From Candidatus Parcubacteria bacterium (GTDB lineage: Bacteria; Patescibacteriota; Minisyncoccia; UBA6257; HR35), in the NCBI GenBank assembly GCA_026004495.1, contig BPJG01000001.1, forward strand, positions 277,133 through 341,132: a stretch of DNA of 64,000 bases, written 5' to 3'. The notes below the pieces were generated by a model. That model was not told where the DNA came from. It made no database searches and saw only the letters and a program-made list of their open reading frames with translations. The position numbers were made by a program, and so were the translations under genes. Within the stretch, counting starts at the first letter, position 1, and the number at the start of each line of letters is the position of its first letter. Shown piece by piece: positions 51,882-60,768 of the stretch.

Positions 51882-52520
51882 TTATTTTCTTAATTTTTTA
51901 ATTATTATAAAGCTTAATAAAGCTATAGTTAATAGCGATAACGCTGTTAAAATAATAATTTGGAAAAAATAATTTTGGGGTGGCGTAATTGTTGATATTG
52001 ATTGGGTCGATATATTATCGGTGTCTTGTTGAATAAATGTAGTTTGGGGATAATTAATGTTTTTAATATTTGGACAATCTAAGGGACACTTTTCCTCTTC
52101 TCCAGCTTCACATATATTGTTTTCGTTACAAACACTTATTGGCGATAAATCTAATTCTTCTTTTTTATTTTCTAACAAATTCTCTAATTCAACATAACCA
52201 AAATTAGAATAATTAGGTATGGCTATTATTTCAAAATTAGCCTCATTAGAAGGATTAAAAGTAGTTTCTTCAATTAAATTTCCTTTAATTGAAAAAACTT
52301 TTAATTTATAATTTCCGTTATCTGTTCTAATAATGGTTTCTTGGTTTTTATCTTTTGAAAAATCAATTGGTTTCTGATAATTAATTGAGATTTCATTCTG
52401 GTTTTTAATAAGATAAATTAAAATAAAATTATTATTTATTTCTTTTTCTTCTTCATTTAATATATAATCATCAGTCTCTAAATCTTCGGGCAAAATTGTT
52501 AATAGTTTATAATTTTCCAT
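51882..52520 (-). CDS. Hypothetical protein with a Cys-rich motif and C-terminal TM anchor
   Basis: VCNENNICEAGEEEKCPLDC, a T-rich linker, then TM and KK. Confidence 0.6.
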   Translation of the reverse strand: MENYKLLTILPEDLETDDYILNEEEKEINNNFILIYLIKNQNEISINYQKPIDFSKDKNQETIIRTDNGNYKLKVFSIKGNLIEETTFNPSNEANFEIIAIPNYSNFGYVELENLLENKKEELDLSPISVCNENNICEAGEEEKCPLDCPNIKNINYPQTTFIQQDTDNISTQSISTITPPQNYFFQIIILTALSLLTIALLSFIIIKKLRK

Positions 52521-52537
52521 TATTATAATTTTATATC

Positions 52538-53668
52538 TTATTTTTGATTTAATTTAATGTTGCCAATAATACAGACCTTAGCATAATCAGATTTTTTTTG
52601 ACCAAAACTATCTATCGCTTCTTTACCTATGCCAGCATAAAGATCTAACCATTTATCTTTTCCCCATATTTTGCCGCCTGAACCTGTATCAGTTATTATA
52701 AAAACATTATCTTTTATACCACAACTTACAGATTCGTATTCACCCCCCCCCTTTTTTCTTAAGCAGTCTATTATTTTAACTGCTTGATATTCACCATTTA
52801 CTGACCCTTTAAATACTGTACTTTCATTATCTCTGGCGGCTGTTTGACCGGGAATTACTGGTCCATAAGCTCCTCTAATATAATCATTAATTTCTGTTGA
52901 ACTGCTGATAATTAAATTTTCTGTAGTTGTTACATTTAAGGCACCTTCATAATGTTTTACTGATTCTTTTTGACTAGTTTCTGCTTTTGGGCAATTTTTT
53001 GTTCCTCTTCCTTCCATTTTAACCCAAGTAAATACCCAACCATCTTTGCACTTATCTAATTTTTTGCCAGACAACTTAGCAGTTTCAAGAATACCTTTGG
53101 CATTTAAAGGAGTTAAAATGCTTACAGTACCAGATGTTGTATTAATAATTCCCTTTCCTTGCATTGTTATATCTGATAAAAACTTATGTTTATTTGGTTC
53201 CTGTGGTAAGACAGGTGTATAATATTGAGTTGTTCTTATAGTTATAGGATTATTTATACAGGTTCGCTGAGATAAATCTTGTAATACTTTTTCATCTATA
53301 TTAGCAAGAGAAATATTAAAATTATTCCCGTTGATATTTAAATTTTGATTGTTTATAGTAAAATTGACTTTAATTACGTTGGTAGTTATTCTATAAACAA
53401 CAATTCGAGGATCAAAAATAAAAGGATTAATCCAATAAAGAATAGATCCTGAAACAAAAATAACAACTAAACCAATAATAGCGTTTCGCATCATACTTTT
53501 GCCCTCCATCTTAACATCAGGCACAACACTTAATAAATTCTTAAAAGCACCAAAAAGAAACATAAAAAAAGCCAACATTACAGCTAAAGCAACACCTAAA
53601 TTATATAAGCCCTGAAGACAGCTTTGAATAGAGTAACAATAAGAGTTAATAAATTCTTGGGGGTTCAT
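52538..53668 (-). CDS. VirB2-like pilin fused to a 3D/DPBB (MltA-like) domain
   Basis: N-terminal LFGAFK...EGKSMMRNAIIGLVVI....ILYWINP. C-terminal TQYYTP...TAA.D...ITDTG......WLDLYAG. Confidence 0.65.
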   Translation of the reverse strand: MNPQEFINSYCYSIQSCLQGLYNLGVALAVMLAFFMFLFGAFKNLLSVVPDVKMEGKSMMRNAIIGLVVIFVSGSILYWINPFIFDPRIVVYRITTNVIKVNFTINNQNLNINGNNFNISLANIDEKVLQDLSQRTCINNPITIRTTQYYTPVLPQEPNKHKFLSDITMQGKGIINTTSGTVSILTPLNAKGILETAKLSGKKLDKCKDGWVFTWVKMEGRGTKNCPKAETSQKESVKHYEGALNVTTTENLIISSSTEINDYIRGAYGPVIPGQTAARDNESTVFKGSVNGEYQAVKIIDCLRKKGGGEYESVSCGIKDNVFIITDTGSGGKIWGKDKWLDLYAGIGKEAIDSFGQKKSDYAKVCIIGNIKLNQK

Positions 53669-54300
53669 TTTTTAATCATTATTTGATCAGAGGCTAATTC
53701 TTGGGAATTATCCAGATTATAAACCCTTAAATTTATCTTAATTTCTCCAGTTAAAGAACTTATATCCAATAGAAAAGTATTATAGTAATTAGTTTCATTC
53801 ACAGTCCAGACGTAAGCTAAATTATTAGAGGAAAAATTGTAAACTAATGGATAGAGTACTTCAGTTTTATTTAAATTATTTTCAGTTAATGGTAAGGCTA
53901 AGTTGTTATTTTTATCATATTTAGCAATTACAACTCGCGGAAGCTGTTTATTAGTAAAATAAAAATGCTTCTCTATCTCATAATTAAAATTTTTAGGGCT
54001 AAGAGTAACTATGCCTGATAATTTATTATTTATTTCTGGGATAAATAAAAAAGGTTTGTATGTTTTAATTTTTTCGTAATTATCACCTAAATCCACCTTC
54101 CATTCATATGACAATTCTTCGCTTGAATATTTTTTACCATTTATTAATATATAACCCTCAAGCCCAATTAACAATTCTTCTCTATTTTTTTTAAATGAAA
54201 AATATAAATTACTATCATCAACTTGATCTTGAGATTTTGCCTTTTGATAATTAATTAAAAATATAATTAAAAAAAATAAGAAAATTAATCTTTTAATCAT
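53665..54300 (-). CDS. Secreted Ig/PKD-like hypothetical protein
   Basis: Signal peptide and a repeated L.Y.W.V motif. Confidence 0.55.
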   Translation of the reverse strand: MIKRLIFLFFLIIFLINYQKAKSQDQVDDSNLYFSFKKNREELLIGLEGYILINGKKYSSEELSYEWKVDLGDNYEKIKTYKPFLFIPEINNKLSGIVTLSPKNFNYEIEKHFYFTNKQLPRVVIAKYDKNNNLALPLTENNLNKTEVLYPLVYNFSSNNLAYVWTVNETNYYNTFLLDISSLTGEIKINLRVYNLDNSQELASDQIMIKK

Positions 54301-54799
54301 TATTATATTTATAAGCTAAAATTTTAGGATAGATATAAAATAAAAATACAACTGATAAGGTTTCAATTGGTAGAGCATCAATAATCGCGCCAATAATAGG
54401 AATCAATTTAGTGGCGATAGAAACACTTAAAATAGATCTTATTATTCTGATAATTTTTTTGGCGTTATTTTTTATATCTTCAATATTCTTTTTAGCCAAT
54501 TTTCTTGCTCCATAATAAGAATAATCAAATTTATTGCTTTCTATCCAAAACCAAATTAAATAAGCAATATAAATTAAGCTTCCTATTATTCTTAATATCC
54601 AACCTACAATTCCTATGCTGGCTAAATCAATTAAACCAAAAATTATTCCTAGGACATCAACAAATAAAGCAAAAATTAATAAAATAAAAACACCACCATT
54701 ACCCCAAAACCAACCAACCTCTTCTTGGCTTTTAGGCAATTCATTTAAATAGTCTTTAACATTATTATTATTATTATTATTTGAATGAATAACTTCCAT
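54293..54799 (-). CDS. Membrane protein
   Basis: Three to four hydrophobic segments, IPIIGAIIDALP. Confidence 0.6.
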   Translation of the reverse strand: MEVIHSNNNNNNNVKDYLNELPKSQEEVGWFWGNGGVFILLIFALFVDVLGIIFGLIDLASIGIVGWILRIIGSLIYIAYLIWFWIESNKFDYSYYGARKLAKKNIEDIKNNAKKIIRIIRSILSVSIATKLIPIIGAIIDALPIETLSVVFLFYIYPKILAYKYNND

Positions 54800-56590
54800 T
54801 TATTCTAAGGCTCTTTTAATAGCCAATAATTGTTCCGGCGTTGATTTAATAATTTGATCTTCGGCATATGAACCCAAAACATAAAGAGGAATTCTTTTAA
54901 ATCCAGCAATTAAAATACCTTTTCCTCTTTCTGATTGAAGCAGGAACATTTTTTCTCCTTCTGATAAGGAAAATACTTGTCCAATTAAATTAATAGTTGC
55001 TGGCGATTGTTTCATTAGAAAAACTATAGCAGCATTGGTAATAATAGGTTTGCCATAGGGAGAATTTAAAAAATCTTCAACATCTTGAGTAATAGTTGTG
55101 ATGGCTAATAAATACTTCCTGCCTCTTTTAATAGCATTAAGCAAAAAATTGGCCCCTGATTCATTTTTCATAATCCACCAAGCCTCATCTAAAATAACTA
55201 TTCTTTTTTTTCTTTGCCTTCTTATTTTATTCATTAAATCATTTAGAACCATATACATTCCTATTGGTCGTAATTCATCTTTTAAATCTCGAAAACCAAA
55301 AACAACTATTCTTTTTTCTAAATTAACATTTGTTTGTTGGTTAAGAAAACCGGAATAATTTCCTTGAGTATAAGGGTATAATTTTTCAGCTATATGTTTT
55401 CCTCCTTCAATACTCATCAAAACCCTCTCAAAGTCATTTAAGGTCGGAAATATTTCTATTTTAGCAAAATCAGAATCGGGAAAAATGTTAAAAGAAGTGT
55501 ATGTTTGACTTAAGGCTCTATCAACAATAGTAAGCTCTTCTGCAGTAAATTTATCGCCAATAATTATTTCCAGCAAACCTATAATATCAGCAATTTTTTC
55601 TTTATAAACCTCAGCTGGATCTTCGTTAGGTAAGGGAATTGGTAAATCTAAAGGATTAATTTTGTATTCAGATTTTAACGAAATAGGAATAAATGAGCCT
55701 CCGTAAATTTCAGCTATTGATTGATATTCATTTTCAGGATCCAAAACAATCACTTCCTGATTCATCATTAAACTCCTCATTATTTCTAACTTAGCTGTAT
55801 AACTTTTACCTGAACCAGAACGAGCAAAAATAACCATATGAGCATTTTCAAAGGCAAATCTATCAAATATAACTAAAGAATTATCGGCTAAATTTATTCC
55901 TAATAGAATACCATTTTCCATTGATAATTCGGAAGAAATAAAAGGAAAAAATGAACTGGCTGTTGAAGAGTTCATTAAATAGTTAACATTAAGCTCATCT
56001 AAGCATAGAGGCAGGGTAGAATTAAAAGCCTCTTGTTGTTCAAATACAACTGGCTTAGCTAAAATTAAACTACTCTCTAAAATTTTTAAAATCTTTTTTT
56101 CTTTTATTGATAATTCCTCCGTATTATCAGAAAAAATAGTTAAATAGACACCAACGTTTAAAATTTTTTCTGTACCTTGAACAATGGCATCTCTTAAAAA
56201 TTCAATATTTTGATAAGCGGTTTCTAATTCAGGAGATCTAGCCATTCCTCTTTCTTGTCGTTCATTAATTTGACTTTCTATTCTTAAAAGTTGTTTTTCC
56301 AATTGTTTTAAGATAGTAGAAGCATCACGAGGAATAAAAAATAAGGATAAATTAAAAATTTCTTCTAGAGAAATAATTTTTTCTAACCAGCCAGCAAATA
56401 AAAATTTAGGATAATTAATAATAATTAAAGTTTTTGCGTAAATCTCTCCTATTTGGAAATCAGAGACATTAAAAATTACGCCCGGCGGAGCAATTATATT
56501 TTTTATTTGATTAAATTTATTATCCTCTTTATTTTCCTGATTTTGTTGATTGTTCTTTATTTTTTTAATAAAAGGAAAATTTAATTTCAT
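54800..56590 (-). CDS. VirB4/TraE-like conjugation-type ATPase
   Basis: NAHMVIFARSGSGKS, LDPENEY, INPLD, ILDEAW, RGRKY, TQ, KQ. Confidence 0.92.
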   Translation of the reverse strand: MKLNFPFIKKIKNNQQNQENKEDNKFNQIKNIIAPPGVIFNVSDFQIGEIYAKTLIIINYPKFLFAGWLEKIISLEEIFNLSLFFIPRDASTILKQLEKQLLRIESQINERQERGMARSPELETAYQNIEFLRDAIVQGTEKILNVGVYLTIFSDNTEELSIKEKKILKILESSLILAKPVVFEQQEAFNSTLPLCLDELNVNYLMNSSTASSFFPFISSELSMENGILLGINLADNSLVIFDRFAFENAHMVIFARSGSGKSYTAKLEIMRSLMMNQEVIVLDPENEYQSIAEIYGGSFIPISLKSEYKINPLDLPIPLPNEDPAEVYKEKIADIIGLLEIIIGDKFTAEELTIVDRALSQTYTSFNIFPDSDFAKIEIFPTLNDFERVLMSIEGGKHIAEKLYPYTQGNYSGFLNQQTNVNLEKRIVVFGFRDLKDELRPIGMYMVLNDLMNKIRRQRKKRIVILDEAWWIMKNESGANFLLNAIKRGRKYLLAITTITQDVEDFLNSPYGKPIITNAAIVFLMKQSPATINLIGQVFSLSEGEKMFLLQSERGKGILIAGFKRIPLYVLGSYAEDQIIKSTPEQLLAIKRALE

Positions 56591-57217
56591 TTATAAATTA
56601 TTGATTAATTCTTCAAATATATTTAATGGTGCCATTCCCCATCGCAAATTAGGATTATATAATTCATAAAATAATTGTAATATTTCGCCTGTTTTTAACC
56701 TAATAGGAATTAGGCCCGTAATTGATAGTTTTTCTGAAATATAAGAAACTCTGGTTTCTAGTTGTTCTAATTTTTGTCTATAATTTTCATCCTTTTTATA
56801 ATCTTTTTTACCAAACTTACCTCCAATTGAAACAACTTCACTTTGATAAGGAATAATCAAATAAAAAATTTTCTTCATAACATTATGGGTCTCAATATAA
56901 TCCTTTATAAATTTAATATACTCTTCTAATTGAACTTTTATTAATGGTTCTGTTTCTTCTTCTAGTCTTTCTTTTAGAGTATTAAGATATTTTTCAATAT
57001 AAGCCAATCTAGAAATAACTAATATTTGTAAGTTAAAATCAATCCCATCTAAAATTTCTTTAAAATTACCAATAGTAATTTCTCTTTCTTTTTCTCCTAA
57101 AATATTAAAATTTATACCTGGAACAACTAAAATTGCCCTTAAACTACCATCTTCCATTATAATTATGTCATCTCGAATATCTTCTATTTTTATTAAATTA
57201 GTTGTTAAATCACTCAT
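56591..57217 (-). CDS. VirB4-associated protein (separated N-terminal-like domain)
   Basis: IEDIRDDIII..DGSLRAIL.V.GINF, LQILV.SR, FYLIIPY, YELYNP. Lies between PrgI and VirB4. Confidence 0.65.
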   Translation of the reverse strand: MSDLTTNLIKIEDIRDDIIIMEDGSLRAILVVPGINFNILGEKEREITIGNFKEILDGIDFNLQILVISRLAYIEKYLNTLKERLEEETEPLIKVQLEEYIKFIKDYIETHNVMKKIFYLIIPYQSEVVSIGGKFGKKDYKKDENYRQKLEQLETRVSYISEKLSITGLIPIRLKTGEILQLFYELYNPNLRWGMAPLNIFEELINNL

Positions 57218-57724
57218 TTATTTTTTAGGCAATTTGGGAATAGGAAAATTGATATAAGGATCTTGAGGATTATAACCATGTTTATGAGCATATTGAATTA
57301 ATTTTGAAAAATGAATTTTTTTAACCTCTTTTTCGATATCTAACTTCTGATTATTCAATTCTTGTTCTAATAACTTAAAATATTTTTGAACCTCTGGTAC
57401 CTTAATAACGTTTTTCATTATTTGAAAATTTCCCCTCCAAATAAATCTTCTATTGGAAATTAATATTTTTATCAATTTTGGCAAAAAACTTATAATATAC
57501 TTATTATTAATTTTAAGCCATCCTAAAATAATAGCTAAAAAAAAACTTATAAATAATACAATTATGGCAATTAAACCAGGCAAAAGTTTATAAGCTGCGT
57601 AAGAAACTAAAAAAGCGCCAAAAAGTAAAAATAATTGCTTTAATGTAATTCCTACGGGTCCAATTAAAATTTTATCTTCAACCGTGATAAATTGTGGAAC
57701 ATTGAATCTCATTTTTAATTTCAA
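57218..57724 (-). CDS. PrgI family (VirB3-like) protein
   Basis: F.VPQFI.VEDKI.GP..TLKQL plus two TM segments. Confidence 0.8.
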   Translation of the reverse strand: MKLKMRFNVPQFITVEDKILIGPVGITLKQLFLLFGAFLVSYAAYKLLPGLIAIIVLFISFFLAIILGWLKINNKYIISFLPKLIKILISNRRFIWRGNFQIMKNVIKVPEVQKYFKLLEQELNNQKLDIEKEVKKIHFSKLIQYAHKHGYNPQDPYINFPIPKLPKK

Positions 57725-57739
57725 AATTAAATTATAATT

Positions 57740-58531
57740 TTAATATTGAGATAAATCAATTATTCCTTCTTCTGGCGGTGATTTTTTCTGTTGTTTAATT
57801 ATTATTATTGATGATTTATCTTCACTTTCTTTTTTAAGTTTTTCCATTTCTTCTTTTGAGGATTGAGTATTGGTTTTTAACCCCTCTTCTTTTAATTGAG
57901 GAATATTAAATGTTAATTTTTCTTCGTCTTTATCCTTGCCTAATTCATCAATTGATTCCTTAAATAATTTTTTAATAGATTCTTTATTTGAGGATTCCAG
58001 ACCTTCTGTTTTTAATTTAGGGATTTCAATTTTAATAGTTTTTACCTCATCTGGTTTTTGAATATTAATTGCCGAAACAATATTTTCTTTTTCTTTTCTA
58101 GGTGGAATTACTTTTTGAAGATTTAAAATTTTCCCAGGTTTTGTTTTTGCTTTAATCTCTTGAATTCTTTTAAGTAAATTGGCAATTTCAGGAGGGGAAG
58201 ATTTAATTTCTTTAGTTTCTTTTTCTTTTTGCCATAAAATATTTATTTTAGGAATAAATTGAGAAAATAAAATATAAGCCATTTGATTAGCATCATTTTC
58301 ATTAAGACTTAATCTTTTTATAATTTCATCTTTAAGTTCCATAATACTTTTAGGTTCAAAAACTTTAAAAATTAAATCCTGAAGAAGATAAATAAAATCA
58401 ATCTCTTTATTTTCATTAATTTCAAATTTTTTTAAATATTCTTCTAAATAATCATAATATTCATTAGAATAAATAAAATTTCTAACATTCGTTGGAGAAT
58501 TAATATAATTATGACTAAAACTAACTGTCAT
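57740..58531 (-). CDS. Hypothetical protein (helical N-terminus, charged low-complexity C-terminus)
   Basis: 263-aa ORF ending IIDLSQY, located inside the cluster. Confidence 0.6.
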   Translation of the reverse strand: MTVSFSHNYINSPTNVRNFIYSNEYYDYLEEYLKKFEINENKEIDFIYLLQDLIFKVFEPKSIMELKDEIIKRLSLNENDANQMAYILFSQFIPKINILWQKEKETKEIKSSPPEIANLLKRIQEIKAKTKPGKILNLQKVIPPRKEKENIVSAINIQKPDEVKTIKIEIPKLKTEGLESSNKESIKKLFKESIDELGKDKDEEKLTFNIPQLKEEGLKTNTQSSKEEMEKLKKESEDKSSIIIIKQQKKSPPEEGIIDLSQY

Positions 58532-58620
58532 TATATAATATTATTATAAATTTATTTTTTCTTTTTAATCAAAAAATATTGGTGCTTTTAGTCGTTTTAT
58601 GTTTTTATTATTTGATTATA

Positions 58621-60768
58621 TTATTGATTATTATTATTTGTTTCTTCATTTTTTTCTATAGTACTTGTGCTTGGTTTCTCAACTGGTCTTGTTTGAAGTG
58701 CTGATTGAAGTTGAGATATTAATTTATTTAATTCTTCAGAGGGTACATCTTTTATATCTACTTGAATATTTAAATTATTCATTATTTCACTTAATTCATT
58801 TCTTAATCTATCTGCAGTTAATGACATTACATCTAAGCCACCGGTTATATATCTTTGTAAATAAGCTTCTAATATTTGTTCTCTTTCTCTTTCGGCTTCT
58901 ATTAATTGTCTTAAAATATTATCCATAATTTCATTAAATACTCTATAATGAGGAGTTTTCTTTATAGTATTTTCTTCACTCTGAAGAATGGTTTCTAATC
59001 CCCACTCTCTTATTTTTTTAATATTATTAGGATCGGAAAAGAAATTAATTTTTCCTCCCCGCGTCATATTATTGATTAAAAATTGAACCAATTCTCCTCT
59101 TTCTTTTTCTTGAATTTGAAGTAATCTTTCTAAATCTTCTAAGGTAACTCTATTGAAATCTAGACTGGATGCTAATTTTTGCATTGCTGTTCTTTTATCT
59201 CCCCTGGCTACATCATCAAAAGAGCATTTAACTCTTTGGCAAATAATTTTTCTTGCCTTAATATCATTTTGGAGTTCAGGTGATTGACTATAAATTTTAA
59301 ATATTTCATCTGGTGATTTATCTCTACTTACAAGCCGGGTAAAATTATATAAATCTTCACCCTTTAATTTTTTTATAGCTTCAGCAATTTCATTTAAGTT
59401 TTTATATTTATAGACTTCCCACATAGCTTCAATTGCCTCCTTACTTCTTTCTTTTACTGGTTTTTGCATTCTTTCTCCTGTTCCCCTTATCCTTTTAGCT
59501 ATCAATGCCCAAGTCGGACCTCGCTCGGCAACTGTATTAGCAATTTTATTTAATTTTTCACCTAATCCATAAAGAGGTTTTCTAGCTAATGATTTTCCTC
59601 CTTCAGCTATTAAGGAACCTGTTTTAAGCCAAGTCCATTTAGTAAAATCATAACCAGCCTTTGAGAATCTTCCGCCTAATCTCAGGGCTAATATTGTGAC
59701 TATTAAATAATAAATTATAATAATTAAGATTCTACTAGAATAAACAAAAGCTGGAGCCAAAAGAGAAATTAATGCTCCAATACCTGTTGTTGGTTGATTT
59801 TTAGTACTATCTTGAATATCACTTATCATAAAAATATCATTAATAATTTGATTAGCGCCAGCAGTTGAGGCAAAAAGAAAAATTCCTATTGAAACTAATA
59901 AAATTAAAATCAAAATATTTATATTCCAGGTAAAAAATGTTTGCCACCATTGATCAAAATATCTTTTTTGATTAGGCAGAATATAAGCTATACAAGCTAG
60001 GGGAAGTAAACCAACTAAAAAGGAGATAATAAAGAATTTTCCTACGGCAATACCGGCAAACATAGCCATTATTACTGATCCAATAAAACTCATAAGTAGA
60101 AGAAATAAATTAAAAGCTAAATCAGTGACAACTTTCGTCATATCTATTTGTTCTCCTGTAAGATTTATATTTGATATCTGTTCGTTAATTTGGTTCCCTA
60201 TCTCTTTAGCTTTATCACCAATAAGCAGAGCCATTGAAAGGTATAAAGTGTTACCAAAATCGGTTTGATAAATATTATTATCCTTAGTTGAAACTTCACC
60301 TACAATTTGAATAACAGCTTTAGTAAGGTGCCAAAAGAAAGAAAAAAATTCTTTAGCCAAAACAAAAGTAAAATTAATAAGAAAAGCAACTATTAAAATT
60401 CCGATTAATAATCTTCGAGCTTCATCTTCTTTATTTAAAATAAATTGTAAGCCAGCATATAGACTTAGAAAAATTAAAACTACATAAGCAATATTTTTAA
60501 AAAATTCCCATAAAATAGGTGCAACTGTTAAATGGCTAAAAGGATTAAGAAGAATAAAAGTGTTAATAATAAATGCTGAAAGTTGAGCAATGGCATCAAA
60601 AAATAATTTTACAGCTGGAAGAATAAATCCTAAGATGTAATTTATTAAAGTCAATAAAAACTCAGTGATTTTGCCCCCAAAGTACCAAAAAGCTCCTACT
60701 AATAAAGCTCCAGCAAGCAATGGTATAATAGCACCTCTTTGAGATAAATGCATTTTATTTAATTTCAA
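58621..60768 (-). CDS. VirB6/TrbL-like polytopic membrane protein
   Basis: W.FFKNIAY..LI, LIVAFLINFT, LLPLA.IAYILP....YF.QWW, and a long cytoplasmic tail. Confidence 0.75.
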   Translation of the reverse strand: MKLNKMHLSQRGAIIPLLAGALLVGAFWYFGGKITEFLLTLINYILGFILPAVKLFFDAIAQLSAFIINTFILLNPFSHLTVAPILWEFFKNIAYVVLIFLSLYAGLQFILNKEDEARRLLIGILIVAFLINFTFVLAKEFFSFFWHLTKAVIQIVGEVSTKDNNIYQTDFGNTLYLSMALLIGDKAKEIGNQINEQISNINLTGEQIDMTKVVTDLAFNLFLLLMSFIGSVIMAMFAGIAVGKFFIISFLVGLLPLACIAYILPNQKRYFDQWWQTFFTWNINILILILLVSIGIFLFASTAGANQIINDIFMISDIQDSTKNQPTTGIGALISLLAPAFVYSSRILIIIIYYLIVTILALRLGGRFSKAGYDFTKWTWLKTGSLIAEGGKSLARKPLYGLGEKLNKIANTVAERGPTWALIAKRIRGTGERMQKPVKERSKEAIEAMWEVYKYKNLNEIAEAIKKLKGEDLYNFTRLVSRDKSPDEIFKIYSQSPELQNDIKARKIICQRVKCSFDDVARGDKRTAMQKLASSLDFNRVTLEDLERLLQIQEKERGELVQFLINNMTRGGKINFFSDPNNIKKIREWGLETILQSEENTIKKTPHYRVFNEIMDNILRQLIEAEREREQILEAYLQRYITGGLDVMSLTADRLRNELSEIMNNLNIQVDIKDVPSEELNKLISQLQSALQTRPVEKPSTSTIEKNEETNNNNQ

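Noticed and set aside
54761-54781. (AAT)n microsatellite, and the 18-bp tandem duplication near 19352-19392
   Set aside because: In-frame low-complexity linkers (poly-Asn; QQNQGG). Slippage would not change the frame, and such tracts are expected at this AT content.
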